64,000 nucleotides of DNA, taken from contig CM119267.1 in NCBI GenBank assembly GCA_051294375.1, positions 19,216,773 through 19,280,772 of the forward strand. The letters run 5' to 3'. A program made the position numbers and the translations under genes. This DNA comes from Paraspadella gotoi. Lineage: Eukaryota; Animalia; Chaetognatha. Below are positions 14,768 to 28,808 of the stretch, in pieces. The notes beneath the pieces were generated by a model, which saw only the letters and a program-made list of their open reading frames with translations, was not told where the DNA came from and searched no databases. The stretch's first letter is position 1; each line of letters begins with the position of its first letter.

Positions 14768-15147
14768 GACGAAGAAGCCTACTACGCCTTCAAACTCCGC
14801 CAGGAGTACAAACGCTCCTTCGCGTCGCCCGAGGCCAAAGAGTCGCCGTCGCTAGGGGCGCCTCTTTCGACGCCGCTTTCGACGCCGCTAGGACAAAAGA
14901 TTCGCCATCATCTCCGTATCTCGCCGCTCGTCAGTTGTTCCGGTTCCGAGAGGGCGCCAGAGGCCGACGAGGAGACGGCGCCGTTGGCGCGGCCGGACTC
15001 CGTTGTCGAGGACCGTGGCGCCAAGAAGAAATTCCCGCCGCCGCAGCCGGGAGTTCCGGAGGAGAAGCGCCGGAAATGCCGGACGCTGCCGCAGAGAGGA
15101 AGTGGCGGAGGAGGAGAAGGAGAAAACGATGAGGAACGCGTCTCAAG
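14768..15147 (+). CDS. Shroom: Shroom-like gene internal exon (DEEAYYAFKLRQEYKRSF...ENDEERVS)
   Basis: tttcgtcag| acceptor, AAG|GTGAAT donor, 380 nt open, phase 0-2. Confidence 0.6.
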
Positions 15148-15600
15148 GTGAATAGTTGTTTCGTTTTATATCGTTTGGGTTTCTTTGCTTTATTTTGCTT
15201 GTTTTGTTTGTGTTTTATGAGTTTTGTTTTTAACTTGTTTATTTTCTTAATTTTTGGTTTATTTTGTTTGTTTCGTTTCTTTTATTTGCTTGTCTAGGTC
15301 CTCGATCCGCTTTTATGAGCGAAATTGTTTTTGGCTTTGTAAACTTATATTAATTTGTTATCAATGATCCTGAGTTGTTATTGCGATATCCATAAAACAA
15401 TGAAATGTACCACAGGTCCTTCGATGGTGACCCTCAACAAAATTCGATCACCCTGTATCGTTCCCCCTAAGTCGAAATGAGAAAGCCTTTTCTTTCGAGG
15501 GCAAAAACAGAAATGTTTCGGTTGTTGGGCGACATCTCGTAAAGGAGACGACGGGCATTTGTCGCGAGAAGAGAAGGAGAGCTGTGAGAGAGGAGAGAGA

Positions 15601-15654
<54 letters not shown>

Positions 15655-16484
15655 CGAGAGAGAGAGAGATGAGAGGTGTCGTGCCAATGATAAGAATTTC
15701 AGGATGGAGAGAGGGACGGATGAGAGAGAGAGCAGAGAAGAGAAATACGGCAATAAAAAGAAATGTTCGGTGATAAAAAAAATAACAGTAAACGCTTCTC
15801 TTTCTATTACAGAAGTTTTTTTGTTATTGTTGTTGTTGTTGTTTAAGTCGTCGTCGTCTTTTTAAAAACCGGGACTCGTGGTTTCTCCCTACTGAGTTTC
15901 GTTTAACCTGAAAGCGAAATTCCAAGGCGGTTGTTTCGCCGCTAATTCGAGGCGCCTCAGCCATTGCAACGGAAACAGCGCTTCGACTGCGAATGCACCG
16001 CAAAGTTACAGCAAATTTACGATGACAACGTTAACCGCAGCGCCGTTTCAGAGCCGCCGCTGCTTTCTCGTGGGCGTGGCCCCGCTCACGACTCGAAAGT
16101 CCCGGGTCGAGGTCGAGTTTTATCGGCGCGCGGATGTGACGGAGAGACGAGATGACAGACGGTCACGTGACTGTGAGTCGAATCGTCGTGAGGGTACAAA
16201 TTGTACAAATTGTGAGAGACGGTTCCGATGACGTGTCATAACAGTCAAGACTCACGAGCTAAGCAATTCGTCATTTCACTTGTAGAGAACATTTTTGTAA
16301 ATTTTGTTAATCATAAAACTGACTCCGCGGACCTCATTCATCTCTCGACGATTCTAATCTGTTCATTGTTTTGCACAATTTTTTTAACAAAATATATTTT
16401 TTAACATCAGAATAAAATACCATAATAAAATATCAGACCAAGATGAGTTCTCGTAATTTTACTTTATTTTACTTTATTGTACAG

Positions 16485-16622
16485 ACGTAACTCAACGGGC
16501 TACTCTCGAACTGCATCGGATTCAGTCGAAGAAGACGACGAGCTTCCTCCTTCCCCTCCTCCTCCTCCTCCTCCTCTTTTTCCTCCGCCTCATTCGACTG
16601 CCTCACCCGGTTTCGGGCAAAG
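16485..16622 (+). CDS. Shroom: Shroom-like gene internal exon (RNSTGYSRTASDSVEEDDELPPSPPPPPPPLFPPP...GFGQ)
   Basis: ttgtacag| acceptor, AAG|GTAAGT donor, 138 nt, phase 2-2. Has LPPSPPPP/FPPP EVH1-type proline motifs. Confidence 0.65.
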
Positions 16623-19600
16623 GTAAGTCTTTTATTTCCCTCGTGACGTCGTTTTCTCTCGGCCCGAGATGGCGCGCTCGGAGTCTCCCTCTCTCTCTCT
16701 CTCTCTCCCTCTCTCTCTCTCTCAAAGTCTCGCGAGCTTTTCTTTTTTTTATTAGATTCCCTTTTCGGTCTCGTGTTTCGCTTACTTTTCTCTTACCTCT
16801 CTTTCCGCTTTCATCTTACCCCTCTCTCTTTCTTCACTTCCGCTAGCGAGCGGCCGATTCGCAGGGTGGTAGTTTTTGCAAGGTCCTTTCGGTTGATTTT
16901 ACGTTAATAGAGTTTCAAAACTGTTCTATACTTGTTATGTAAGTCGAATTAAGAAAAATGTTGAGATCGGCGTTCAGTCTTGTGAGTGGGGTTTGTTGAA
17001 ACGAAAAAAGATTCTAGTATTTGAAGGTTTAGTTATTTCGAGACTATGAAATTGGTACAACCTGTATAAAAGTATCCATTCATCCATCAAATTAGCTATC
17101 TCGCCCCTGACTTTGGACACGAACAGGCTATAGTGGTAGTATTGAAGGAATAGGAAGGGTTAATAGTTGTAGTAGCGTTTTTTTTGTTTTTTTTTAATTT
17201 GAGAGAGTTTCGAACCAGATCGATGTCCCGCGGCAAGATGAGGGGATTGGAAGAGGGTGTCTGTCGGGAGAGACGAGTGTGATGGAGAGGTGGCCGAGGA
17301 GAATATCGGAAGTACTGAAGGAATGAATGAAAGAGACGAGAGGGAGTCGGAGAGATGGCGAGATCTGCCGGGAGATGAGAGGAGGAGAAAAGAGGATGCT
17401 GTCGAGGAGGCAGAGGCGACAGAGATACGAAGAGAGTCAGGTAGAGAGAGGAGAGAGAGAGAGAGAGAGAATCAATATAAATTTGTTTCGAATTCGGGAC
17501 TCCTTTGGGTATCTCTCTCTTCTTCTCTCTTTCCTTCTCTCTTTAATTCCTCTGCGACGCCCAACTTGTTGCTATCCATATAGATTATGAGTAATGTGAA
17601 AAGCACTATTTACGCAGAGAAAGATTGATGAAGTAGGAAGATGACCGGATAGGAGGTAACAGAGAGAGCAGAAGAAAGAGAGAGAGAGACGGCTCAGAGG
17701 GATGACGAGAAGAGAGAATTAAATAGCTCTTCGAAAACAGTACCGCGTTACTTGATATTTGACCGCTTGCGCTCTAGCCTTAGAGAAGCCACGTTCTAAA
17801 TCTAAAGTTAATGAAATTGCTACGTTTATTATGTATTTTGTAAGGCTCGCCGGCCTATTGCACCAGTCGAGAACCAAAAGCCTTATCGCATTTGTCAATT
17901 CGACTCCCGGGCTCTCTGATTTCACATCAAATGTTTATCTTACTTGCACCAGTGTACACTTCTGTGAAAACATCAAAGAGCCACTTTAGATTCACCAGAA
18001 CACCTTCTATAAAAACAATTTCGAAAGCAATTATATAAAGCCTGTCCAAAAGTCCAGGGACAAGATAGCTGATAGTTGAACGATGAATGAGATAATTTTA
18101 TATTGGTTGTACTCCAATTTCATAACCACAAATAAAATATAAAAAAACGGGATAAGAATCAATTTCAAGTCTAAAAGTTTTATTATTAATCCCGCGTCAA
18201 GTAGGTTTAGGAGATATAGTTTTTTATAAACTTGATCAACTTCACAATGATGTTTCCAAATCTAAATTTGGTCGTTAACTGGCTATTATATTTCGCGGTT
18301 TTCTCGTTGTACAATAGACTATTTAACACTTCAGACGTCCCCATACTACTAATTCCCAATTATTCTAGTAAGTCTTTATATATTTGTACATCAAGTAAAT
18401 TATAAACCAAAATATTTAAAAAACATTTGCATTTTCTTTTTTATAAAAATATATCTTTATAAACATAGGAATGGAGTTCTATTTATAATCAAAAAAAATT
18501 AATTGAAATTCGTCCCAGCCTATTTTGATTTGATTTTGATTTGATTTATTCTCGCTTCCTTATAATGTCTACTAAAACCACATTTCTACATACCCAGGAG
18601 GGCTCCGTATTAGCTAGGCCGTACATGCGACTATACATGCTACACTCTCACTCACATGTAAAAATACGCTACTACATTCCCCATAACCACCAATTAAAAA
18701 TTCAACTAATATTATACATCAACACGGGAGAGATTGTAAATTATAATAAGAGCAAGTAATACATTATATATACTTACCAAATCATTTCTTAAGTTCTGTT
18801 TGATTTGACACCTTTCCCAAATGCTTTATTAACTTAATTACACATTAGACCACTCAATCAACGGTTACAAACGTTCGCCGATATACCAATTTATTTTTCA
18901 CATCAGCTTTTGAAGTATCTTCTAGTAATAAATTCTGGCTCCTGAATGTCGCATTTATGCGTTCTATCTAGAATTTAAGTCCATTTCAGGAGGTTTCATA
19001 TACAGGTTAGCTAAAGAAAGTATATGCTCAAGCTTGGACACTGGGAATTGAATAAATAAAAAACGTCGGGCCAATTTTTTTTGATCAAGGCGTTCTACAA
19101 AATCTCGATAAGTCGCTATTTAATCATGGAATAATTTAGCCCCCCAGTATTTGATCATTTTATTTCTCATCTATCCCATGTTGAAATCCGTTCGGTAAAA
19201 GCTTCAGAATCAATGGGATCTGTTTGTTCCAAGTAAACCCTAAGATTATATAGTGGCAATCCAATAATCGCAGCTTTCTACGTTCTAGAATCGTTCAATA
19301 TCCTCCGCTGGTAACTTTTTTCTTTTTCCCATTCTCATACAAGGGTGCATACTTAAAGTATTGTAAAATATACCTAGAAATTAAAAAATAGTTTAAAGTC
19401 CTAATTCTAAGAATCTATCATTATTTGTTTTATTATGGTAGGTATAATAGTCACAACCTCTTAACTTTAACAAAATTCATTTGCTCCTCCCGTTAAACGG
19501 TGATAGGCCGCGGTTTGTCTTCCGTCAGGGCAACTGTCGCACTCCGTGTAAGGCCAATTTTTTCTATATGCATAGCGTGGGTCACGAGCCCCGCCTGCCG

Positions 19601-19639
19601 GTAGAACATGAGATACTAACTTTCAGTTGGTGTGCACCC

Positions 19640-20570
19640 CGGTGACGCTCATTGAGTAAAAAGCCATCTAGCTCATGTAGCCAACTATTACTGGTACTGG
19701 TCCGAACCCGCGAACCCCCTGATAGCCGTTACATACAGTCGAGCGTGTGGATAATCTATCTTTCCTTTGTCGTATATTATTCCTTTGCTCTCTTCGATTC
19801 ACAGCCCCTTGGGGGAAGCGTATATAGCGTACGGGTCAAAGCTTTCGCTTCTTTGGTGCGGGGCATGTGAGCGGAGAGCACTCGCCTAGCCTTTAGGTAT
19901 ATCGGAAGCGGGTAGCGCGCCAAGGGGGTACCCGTTCCAATGGCTGACTAGAGAGAGGCGGAGGTTTGTGTCTTTTTATATATAATAGAAGAATTACGAA
20001 GACACAAGTCATCTTGGCGGAGGACCCAACGTAAGTGATATCCGCGCCTTTTTATCCACGTACCTGTCGTGAGCGCCATCCTGTCGAAGCGTATTCCAAG
20101 GCAACATCCATTGATTAAAACAGACGCACAGGCATTCGGTGGGCTAGACTGAACGGGATGATTAGGATTTCCCTCCCTTCACTGGCGGGAAGCACTAGCG
20201 TTGCCAGTTGTTTGATGGTTTGAGGGTTACCATCTGCGGGGGCATGTAGTCGGGCATTGTGCCTAGGTTTCACCCCGCCTAGAATTTACCACGGGTTACA
20301 CTTTACAGTTGTTGACCCTCGGTGGCTCATTGGAGTAAAGCCATCAGCTCATGACCACTACGTACCGAGGTTCAATCCCAACCCCTTGGTTACCTACCCT
20401 TGCGGGAAGCGTCGATGGATCGCGCCTTCGCCGGTAAGCGCTTCTTGGGGCTCATGCAACCCTCAAGCCTGTTCCAAGCCCGGAGGACCCGTTCCTTATG
20501 GCTGACTAGCAGGGTGTATAGAATTTAACGGACAGTTCATCTTCAGCCCCGTACGCGTCCTTATCCACGC
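19640..20570 (+). mobile_element. Two degenerate copies of a tRNA-derived SINE-like element (~19640-20060 and ~20320-20570)
   Basis: Copy 2 has A-box-like TGGCTCATTGG and B-box-like GGTTCAATCCC. The copies share gctcatt(g)gagtaaa..gccatc(t)agctcatg, cccgttcc..atggctgactag and ttatccacg in the same order. Confidence 0.45.
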
Positions 20571-23500
20571 CTAATCTTTAATAAAATTTATGTGATTTTT
20601 AAAAGTCTGAAATAATAGTGGGCTGCGACTTTTCTTTGCAACAGGACTGTATGTGTGTATTGCCTAAAGTTATTATAATGATAATCCTCTTTCCGTTTTT
20701 CCGTATTGCGATTTACTTTATTGGGGAGGTAGTAGATGAGTGTAGGCAGGGTTGGAGCATGAGGAGCGGAGGATGATTTGATGGAGTGAGGTGGATGGAT
20801 TGGGTGTTGATGGACGATTGAGATGAGGATAGTAGATGCAGATGGATTGAGGAGGTGAGATGAGAGAGGGAGAAGACGTGATGAGAAAGACTGTAAGTAA
20901 TACTTAACTCAATGGGCTGTGAAAATCCCATTGGAGAGTAAAAAAAAGTCAGAACGAAAGGAAAGTTAAAGGAGGATTAATCATGTAGAAAAAATGTGCG
21001 TAAAAAAGAAAGGAAAAAAAAAATAGAGAAAGAGATAAATAACGTTAAAAAAGGTGAGCTGTGTTTTTCGTGTTCTCTTTTAGTAGCGGATGATTTGGAT
21101 GGGGAAGGTAAATAAAGTGTTTGTGTCTGTGTGTAAGAGAGTAATGTTTGGTGTTGGATAGAGAGGGAAGAAGAGAANNNNNNNNNNNNNNNNNNNNNNN
21201 NNGAGGGTTTAAAAAAAGCACGAACTCGGAAAGGAAAAACCTGAGAGAGCTTGTTAACGCCGCCCACTTTTCCACTTTTCTACTTTTTTTTCGTTCATTT
21301 ACTTTTTTTTTATCGTTTTTCGCGAGTTTTGCCTTTCGCTTCCCTGTTCCTCGACCCTCCTCGTTCTTCAACCCCCCCGTTCTGTGATTCACCGTTCTTT
21401 GACCCCCATTCTCGACTCACTGTTGTATTCTCAGTTGTTTTCGACTGATAATTTTGAATCCGCGTTCGACACTCGTTCGTTCAATCCTTATTCTTTGACC
21501 CCAATTTACATCCCCCGCTTATTCAACCTTCGTTCTTCAAATCCTATTACTCAAACCCNNNNNNNNNNNNNNNNNNNNNNNNNTAGTTTGAGAGGATATT
21601 GAGTTCTCAGTGGAAACGTACCAGGTGGATATATAGAGTTTAAAATGAAAAAATATAGTCACATTTAACTTGAAATCTTTTTATTCTATTTTACCGCATG
21701 ATAGGATTGGAGGGATGAAATTTATTGAAGAGAGAGACGAGAGAGAGAGAGAGTGAGGAGAGAAAAAGAGAAGAAGTAAGTAGAGAGAGAGAGAGAGAGG
21801 AGAACATATCTTTTTTTTTTCTGTTGAGGATTAATATTAAAAAAATTCTAAAAGAGCTCTTCTCAGAGGTCTGAGCTTTTCATTTTCTTGATAGTTTATT
21901 GTATGTTTCACGTAGAACCTTGCTCCACTATTCATCACTCACCCCACACAATCAAAAAAAACGACCAGAAAAAAAATATACGATAAGATGAATCAATTGC
22001 AGATTCATTATCTACGAATTGTTTGTGATTTTCGTATTCTAGTAATTTGGGAGATTGATTAAGTAATACTTAATTGATTGAATGTAGAATAGTAATTTAT
22101 TGATGGTAATAGGAATTGATTATTGGATTTAGATGATACATTCATATTTCATTGATTGCTGACCCTGATTAGTTACCAATTCAACTGCTAGTGAATGAGA
22201 TAGTTCATCTTCAGTACTGAATTTCGCGTATTGATAGTTCTAATAAAATAACTAAACAAATTGCGGAGTTATGTTAGTGAAATATGGAGATAAGAGTGAG
22301 AGACGTAGAGTATTGGAGAGTATGAGGTATGAGTTTTGAGGAGAGAAATAAGAGATGAGAGAGATTGAGAGAAATAGTGTAAAGGAAGAGAAGAGAGAAA
22401 GAGAGGAGAGAGATGAGAGAGAAAGAAATGTAGAATAATGCCACGAAAAATTCTCTGATGAAAATATGTGGATTTTTTATTATTGAAAAAAAGCGCGGAA
22501 TATATAATTGGTCTAAATGTATTAAATATATAGTTATATTTTTGTTTATTAAGTTTTATTTAGGAGGGAGAAAAAAAGATATATAATAAATTCAGTAATA
22601 TTTTTTTTTCTTAATTTCTGAATAATGGAAAAAAATAAATAAACAATAATCAAGTTAATAAATAATCGTTGTTTTAATCTCTTTTTCATCTTTATTTTAG
22701 TTAGTTTTTTTCGTTTTATAATTATCCATTTTAATTTTGTTTCATTATATTATGATGTGCGTATTTTGAGGTCCGAGAATTAGAAGATGTTATTTATTTT
22801 GAAATTCACTCTATGTACTCTGTGATATCCTTTCACGAGCTCTCGCTTTTTGGTGACGGTCATCTCTTCCTCCAATAATCTGTCTCTTTATTTAATGCTA
22901 ACAATCATCAGAGTGAAATTGGTGTAGAGAGAGAGGAGAATCAAAACGGAGGTATTGCGCAATATTATTCCTCTCTATTACAGTTCCGCCCATCATGTAT
23001 GTACTGCCACGCTATTATGTGTAAAACACTCTTGTACTTCGACGAAGAGTAGATCGAGCGAGAAGATAAATTCCATGAGAGTATAGACAGCACCATGCGG
23101 AGAGCATAGTGTGAGAGCTTACAGCTCTACATCCGTGACAAGTAAAACTAGGAGGAGGAGACAAGTATCACACCGAGTATGAGAGACTATAGAGACGTAT
23201 ACCATCCAGGAGATATTATGAGGGAAAAAGAAATGGCCACAAGAGAGAAGAGAGAGAAAAGAGGACTGTGATGGTAGGAGTAAACACCATAGTTGATGCA
23301 GATCGGAGACGGAGCTCGGTCAAGCTGCCTGCGAGCCGCTCGCGCTTGACACTCGCGACGCCCTACTACATCTTTATTCTCAGTAATTATTGCGAGCGAC
23401 GTGGATTGATTCTTAAGACGTTGAGATTACAAGACTAAAGAGGAAGGATGGGTTGAAACGGCACGCGATATCATGAGGAATATAATATAGAAACAGCGGA

Positions 23501-25929
23501 TAGTCAAAAGAGAGCCAAGCAGTACGGAGATGAGAAGCAGCCTCGCGGTTCGGGTAGCAGCCTCTGGATAGCGCTGTCCACCTCCCGGATACGGCGTGGG
23601 TTGAACCTGAGAGAAAGCGCGTCGAGAATTTGCCCCAGCAGCGGCTCTCGCGGACGCATACCGGACCGATTCGGAGCTTGCCCACAAACGTCTCAAGGAG
23701 TTCCGAGTGGAGAGTTGTTACTTGGGCGCGGTATTCGGTGGTAGGTACAGTCGGGGAGGCGGGGTGGACGCGATCGGAAGGGGGGCTTTCGGAGTGCCCA
23801 ACTGGAATCTCTGGCGCGCATGGTGCACGTCTTTGGAATTCCACCATAGTCGAGCTATTCTATCACCATCTTTGAGGCAAAAAGAACACAAGGTTTCCTG
23901 ATATAACACACAATGATTAAACTTTTCTTCTCCGATGATGCCTTTAGACGAATTCTCGATCAGACCTCCTTTCGTATGCCTTTTTATTTGGAAAACAGCA
24001 ACAATAGTGTCGGCATTGTGGTTCCTTTTTGCGCGTAACTTCTGCATTTCTTTTCCAAAAACTGGGGTTCGAGCTCCGCAAGCGGCTGGATGGTTCACAC
24101 TCACCTTTCTGACGCACAATAATCCCAACATATGTGTCTAAGTCTGACCACATATCCTGTATCCCTTCAACCACTTTGTTGTGACCCGACAACTTTAACG
24201 TCTTTCGCTCCGTGCCGTTTCGTTCTCTTTGCTTACATTCCTTTATCCGCTGCATTCATCTGTACATTATGGATTCTTCTCTAAAATCGTTCTCTTTCAA
24301 TCTCTCGACAAATTAAGGACATCTGTGGGAACGAGTCGACTCCGACATTATAGTCCTCAGCCCCATTCAACACTCTGGACATTATCTCTCATCGCTACAT
24401 CATTCTCGGGGCAGATGGAGCATACATATTATTTTGTTATCTTCCACGACATATCTATTATCCATTCACATATACCACGCTACAAAGTCGTATCCTCCTA
24501 TAAGTCTGAGTAGATCGAATCCACGAGAGGCTTGGAAAAACGGCAGGATAAGTATGAGCGCGAGAGAAATCTATGAAACATGTCTGTAAAGTTTTCTGTT
24601 TTCCGCATATATAAAGCCAGTTCAAAGTCCAACAAAACAAAAAAACACATAAGAGAGTCAGATGAAGCTACGATGAGAGAGGTTCGAACCTTGAACAGTC
24701 CTGGACGAGGATCAGAGCTAGAGAAGAGTAGAGAGAGAAAGAGGGAGATGAGAGAGACAAATAAGGAAGCTCGGTTTTTAAACCATGAGCAGTTAATCTC
24801 TGTATTCTCGAGGAGAGCGAGACACCGATCTGCCAACTGAGGACGCCGCACGAGGGTGGTTTTCTCTGTGAGAGGGGGAGCGGTGGTGGGTGGGCAGAAA
24901 AACCCCGGAACACTCGCTCATGATTGTTTAGAAGAGCAGTAAGAGCGGAGAAAACAGAGAGAGAGCAAGGGCGCAGCCACATAATTAAAGAGACGAACAT
25001 ATTTTGTATTGAGAGAAAAGTAAATAGACAACATAAGCACAAAGCATACGTATGCATATGTAGAAGTTGGAATATGAAGAAGGACAATCGAGAACTTATT
25101 TATAGAGTGACATCTTGAGATTAGAAGCCCATCATATGGAAAATTCAAGCTCCCTATGATAGTCACACTCATTCGACAAGACTCTAGGCGAGGCTAGAAG
25201 ACGAAAAAAGATTTAGCCACGAGAGCAGCAAACAAAAGCGACGAGAAACAATACAACACGAAAGACAAATAACACAGACAACAGAGTGACGCAAGATTAA
25301 CGACAGGACTGAACCTACATAGAACGAATAACGAGAAGTCGTTTATGTGATGAGCAAAGCGACAAGGATTAATATTGTTGGGTAACAGTGGGGAACGAAC
25401 TCCGGAAGATATATAGAAGAACGAGAGAAGAGAGAAGAGAGAAGAGAGAAGAAGAGCAGAAGAGAAGAGAAAGAGAAGAGAGAAGAGAGAGGAGAGAGAG
25501 AGAGAGAGAGAGGAGAGAAGAGAGATCTCGAAAGAGAGAGAGAGTTACTCCAAGTGGGGACGGGTAACAACATGCTTCGGTCCTATGGAAACCGAATATC
25601 GAGAGAGCAAACCAGAAAAACGGAGGAATAACAACAAGGTTGGGTAATGTCAAGCTATTTAGAACGACGAAGACGACGACGAACCGACGACGGACGACGA
25701 GGTATAGGAAAGATATGGAAAAATTGGTCATCTGGCCCCTCAAAAAAAAAAAAAGATGTCATTTCACGATATTACGTTTCTTTTTTTGAGAGTAAAAACT
25801 GGTAGTCAAAAGGCAAAATACAGACCCACCGAAGAAGGAGCGGAGCTAAGAAAACAACAAGCGAAATAGAGAAAAGAGAGAGAAGACGGGAGAAGAGAAG
25901 GAGAGAGAGAGGAGGAGAGAAAGAGAAGA

Positions 25930-25970
<41 letters not shown>

Positions 25971-26574
25971 ATGTTTTTAATTTAAGAAGAAGCCAAATGC
26001 CGGAGGAGGCTGAATGGTTGATGGGTTGTGGGTTTGAGGTTGTGATAGTGGATAAGGGGAATGGTGTGTGGGAGGGTGGGGGGAATGGAAATTTGGGGGT
26101 GGGGGTGATCGAGGGTCGTGGACTCCGAGTATTATCTGGACACTGGGCACGGTATGAAGAGTATTTAAGATAGAAGTAAGAAGGATTATCGTGATGTTGA
26201 CTGGAAGAGGGGAATGAGAAGTAGGGATGAGACTAGGCGGAGGAAAGGGCTTGGAAAAAAGGGAAAGACGATGGCGAGAAAGTAGGCTGCTGGAGTAGAC
26301 GAAAAAAATTTGGAAAAAAAAGGGAAGGTGGGAAACTGAGACTCTTAGGAACGATATGAGAAAAACAGAGGTTTCAAGAAACGGACTTTAAAAAATGGGT
26401 GGGGAAAAAGAAGAGAGGGGTTTGACCAACGTTATTGTTGTTATCCTCGTTTTTCTGGTTGCTCTCTCGATATCGGTTTCCATGGGAACCGAACTTTGAC
26501 CCTCCCCACTTGTAACTCTCTCTCTCTCTCCTTCTCTCTCTCTCTCTCTCTCTCTCTCCCTCTCTCTCTCGTCT

Positions 26575-26614
<40 letters not shown>

Positions 26615-26887
26615 GTTTTCTAATTTATTTCCCCCACAATAATTTCTCATCAAAGACGACTTTTTTCTTTGTATTCTTCCCTCCTCTTCTTTCTCTTTTC
26701 TTTGCCATTCCCTCCCACCTTCCCTTTTCTCCCCCCCTTTCCCACCACGCCCCTCCAAAAACCCGTCCCTCCTTCATGGCAGATCTTGTGTTTTCTCTTT
26801 TCTCTCCATTAACGATATCTTTTGTTCAAATACGGATTAGTGTCTCCAACGAGGAGAGCGATTCACGACTTAGATCGACAAATCCTC

Positions 26888-27426
26888 CCCGGATGCGATT
26901 GCATTAGACTGAGAACGACTTGTTTACCCGGATGTAAATAGTGGGAGACAAAAAAGATTCTCTCCCCGGATGTAATGATTCGACTTGGAATGGGGCTGAG
27001 ACTAAATTCGAGTCGACTCGTTCCCACAGATGTCCTTAATGGTGACGATTCAGCGAAGAATGCCGGACCAGTAATCTGTACACATTTTTTTTTAATCTCC
27101 GTTCGATCGTACGACCAGTTTTACAAGGACATCGAAGAATATCTTTTCAATGGGAGAATGAATCCAAGGACGAAGGTGGACCTTCCGTCCGAACTCGGCA
27201 AATCGGCTTTCCACCGGCAATCCGGCGATCCGGCGATCCGGCTATCCGGCGATCCGGCTATCCGGCTATCCGGCAATCAGTCGATCCATATATCCGGATT
27301 TGTCAACGTTCAACGGCGAGCCTCCGACAGTTCTTGACTCATCCCTCGCGACCGGCCAAATCCGTCGGTATAAACCCGGATGTTAATGAGTAAAATTCCA
27401 AGGGATGTCTTTCATACCAGGATGTG
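26888..27426. promoter_or_regulatory. Homotypic cluster of ETS-type CC(G/A)GGATG motifs plus an 8-bp CCGGC(A/G/T)AT tandem array (27214-27277, 8 units)
   Basis: CCCGGATG at 26888, 26927, 26965 and 27375, CCAGGATGT at 27417. The array reads CCGGAT on the minus strand. Confidence 0.35.
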
Positions 27427-28689
27427 ATTGAAAAGTCCGGTCTCGGTCGGCGTCAGCGAACGTCACGATGAACCGAGACAAATATGTGTTTGATCTCAAA
27501 CCGAGCGTCACTGTGGCGGATCGATTGAAATATCTCGATTATTGACAACGGAGAGAGGGAGAGAGAGAGAGAGTGTAAAGAAAAGATAAAAAGTTTTTAA
27601 AAAAACGAACCCAAAAAAAAAAAAAAAAACTTAAAAAAAGATATAAAGAAAGATAGACAAAATGGAAAAAGAAAAATCCAAAAGAAAAAAAGGTCGTTTT
27701 AGGTTCATTTATTTTTCCTTTAAACTAATGAACTTATTTTTTGTTCCGAATTAGAATATTCTATTACCTTTGAAAAGAAAAAGGAAAAAAAAATTGTACG
27801 GATTTACCTCCTCCAATAAAAGGTCGCAAGTTTTTTTTTCCTTAACTTCTAGGAAGAGGTTTACTCTTCGAAAGAAAACGTTGTACTTCAGTTCGAAGAG
27901 ATGAGGATTCGAACCTTTAAACTTCGAGGCCTCAAATCAGAAAAAAAAAATAAGGCCATTGGCCTTTAAGTTGGCCTCCTGCCTGGCTTGGAGCCAAATT
28001 TCGGAGCCATGTCTTAAGACTGATTATAACCCATTAAGCAATCCTTTTTTTTTTCGACATGGCTTAAAGCATTTGTATCAAGCTACGGGCCAAGCTTATG
28101 ACCCAATCCTCAAGCCAGGCTTAATGCCAAACCTCCGGCCCTGGCTTCGAGCCAGGCGAGATAAATATTGTTTCCTCACGATCCTAATCTCATTTCGAGC
28201 TTCCGTTTTTGTCTCAAATTATCGGTTACATCTTTACTTCCCCGGAAAAAAAAAATCAAGATCGAAAAATATTTTGGAAAAAAATAACGAATAGGAAAAT
28301 TCGAATCTTTTTCTAAAGGAGTTTTCTTGTAGTCAAACCAAAAAATATGAAAAAAAAATGAAAGATTTTGAACTTAAAAAACATTTTTTTTTCTCATTTT
28401 TCTTTTTCTTTGAAATCACGAGAGAGAAATACGATAAACGTTATCTTTATTTTGTATCTTCGAGTAAAAAATTCGAGATGCTCGTTTTTTTTTCGACTAA
28501 TAATGGGATTAGATTTTTTTTTTCATTTCGTTTTTCGTTATTCGTGTCATATGTATCTGAAACTATTTGGTTGTCAATGATTAAACTCTGTACGATTTTG
28601 TTTGTCTCGAAGAGACAATAATAATTGTTATGAGTTAAGGACAGAACTGTTCGATATAAGGAGTCCCTGAGATTTGGATCAGGCTGTAA

Positions 28690-28808
28690 CACCGTGTTAC
28701 AGGCGGGATAAACGGCCCGTCCCTCTTAACTGCGAGGCGACGACCGGGCTAGAAACCCCGGACCTTTGAGTTGGGAGGCGAATGACTTGCCTCCTGCACC
28801 AATGGCCG
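28690..28808 (-). mobile_element. tRNA-derived SINE-like head
   Basis: Minus strand reads TGGTGCAGGAGG (A-box-like) ... GGGGTTTCTAGCCC (B-box-like) at tRNA-like spacing. Confidence 0.45.

Noticed and set aside
17700-26300. Possible decayed retroelement or viral sequence (e.g. a YRDFVE-like peptide near 19100 on the minus strand; GC-richer 23400-24300)
   Set aside because: No sustained ORF or recognisable RT/integrase motif, and the sequence looks like noisy gap fill. It needs BLASTx or RepeatMasker.
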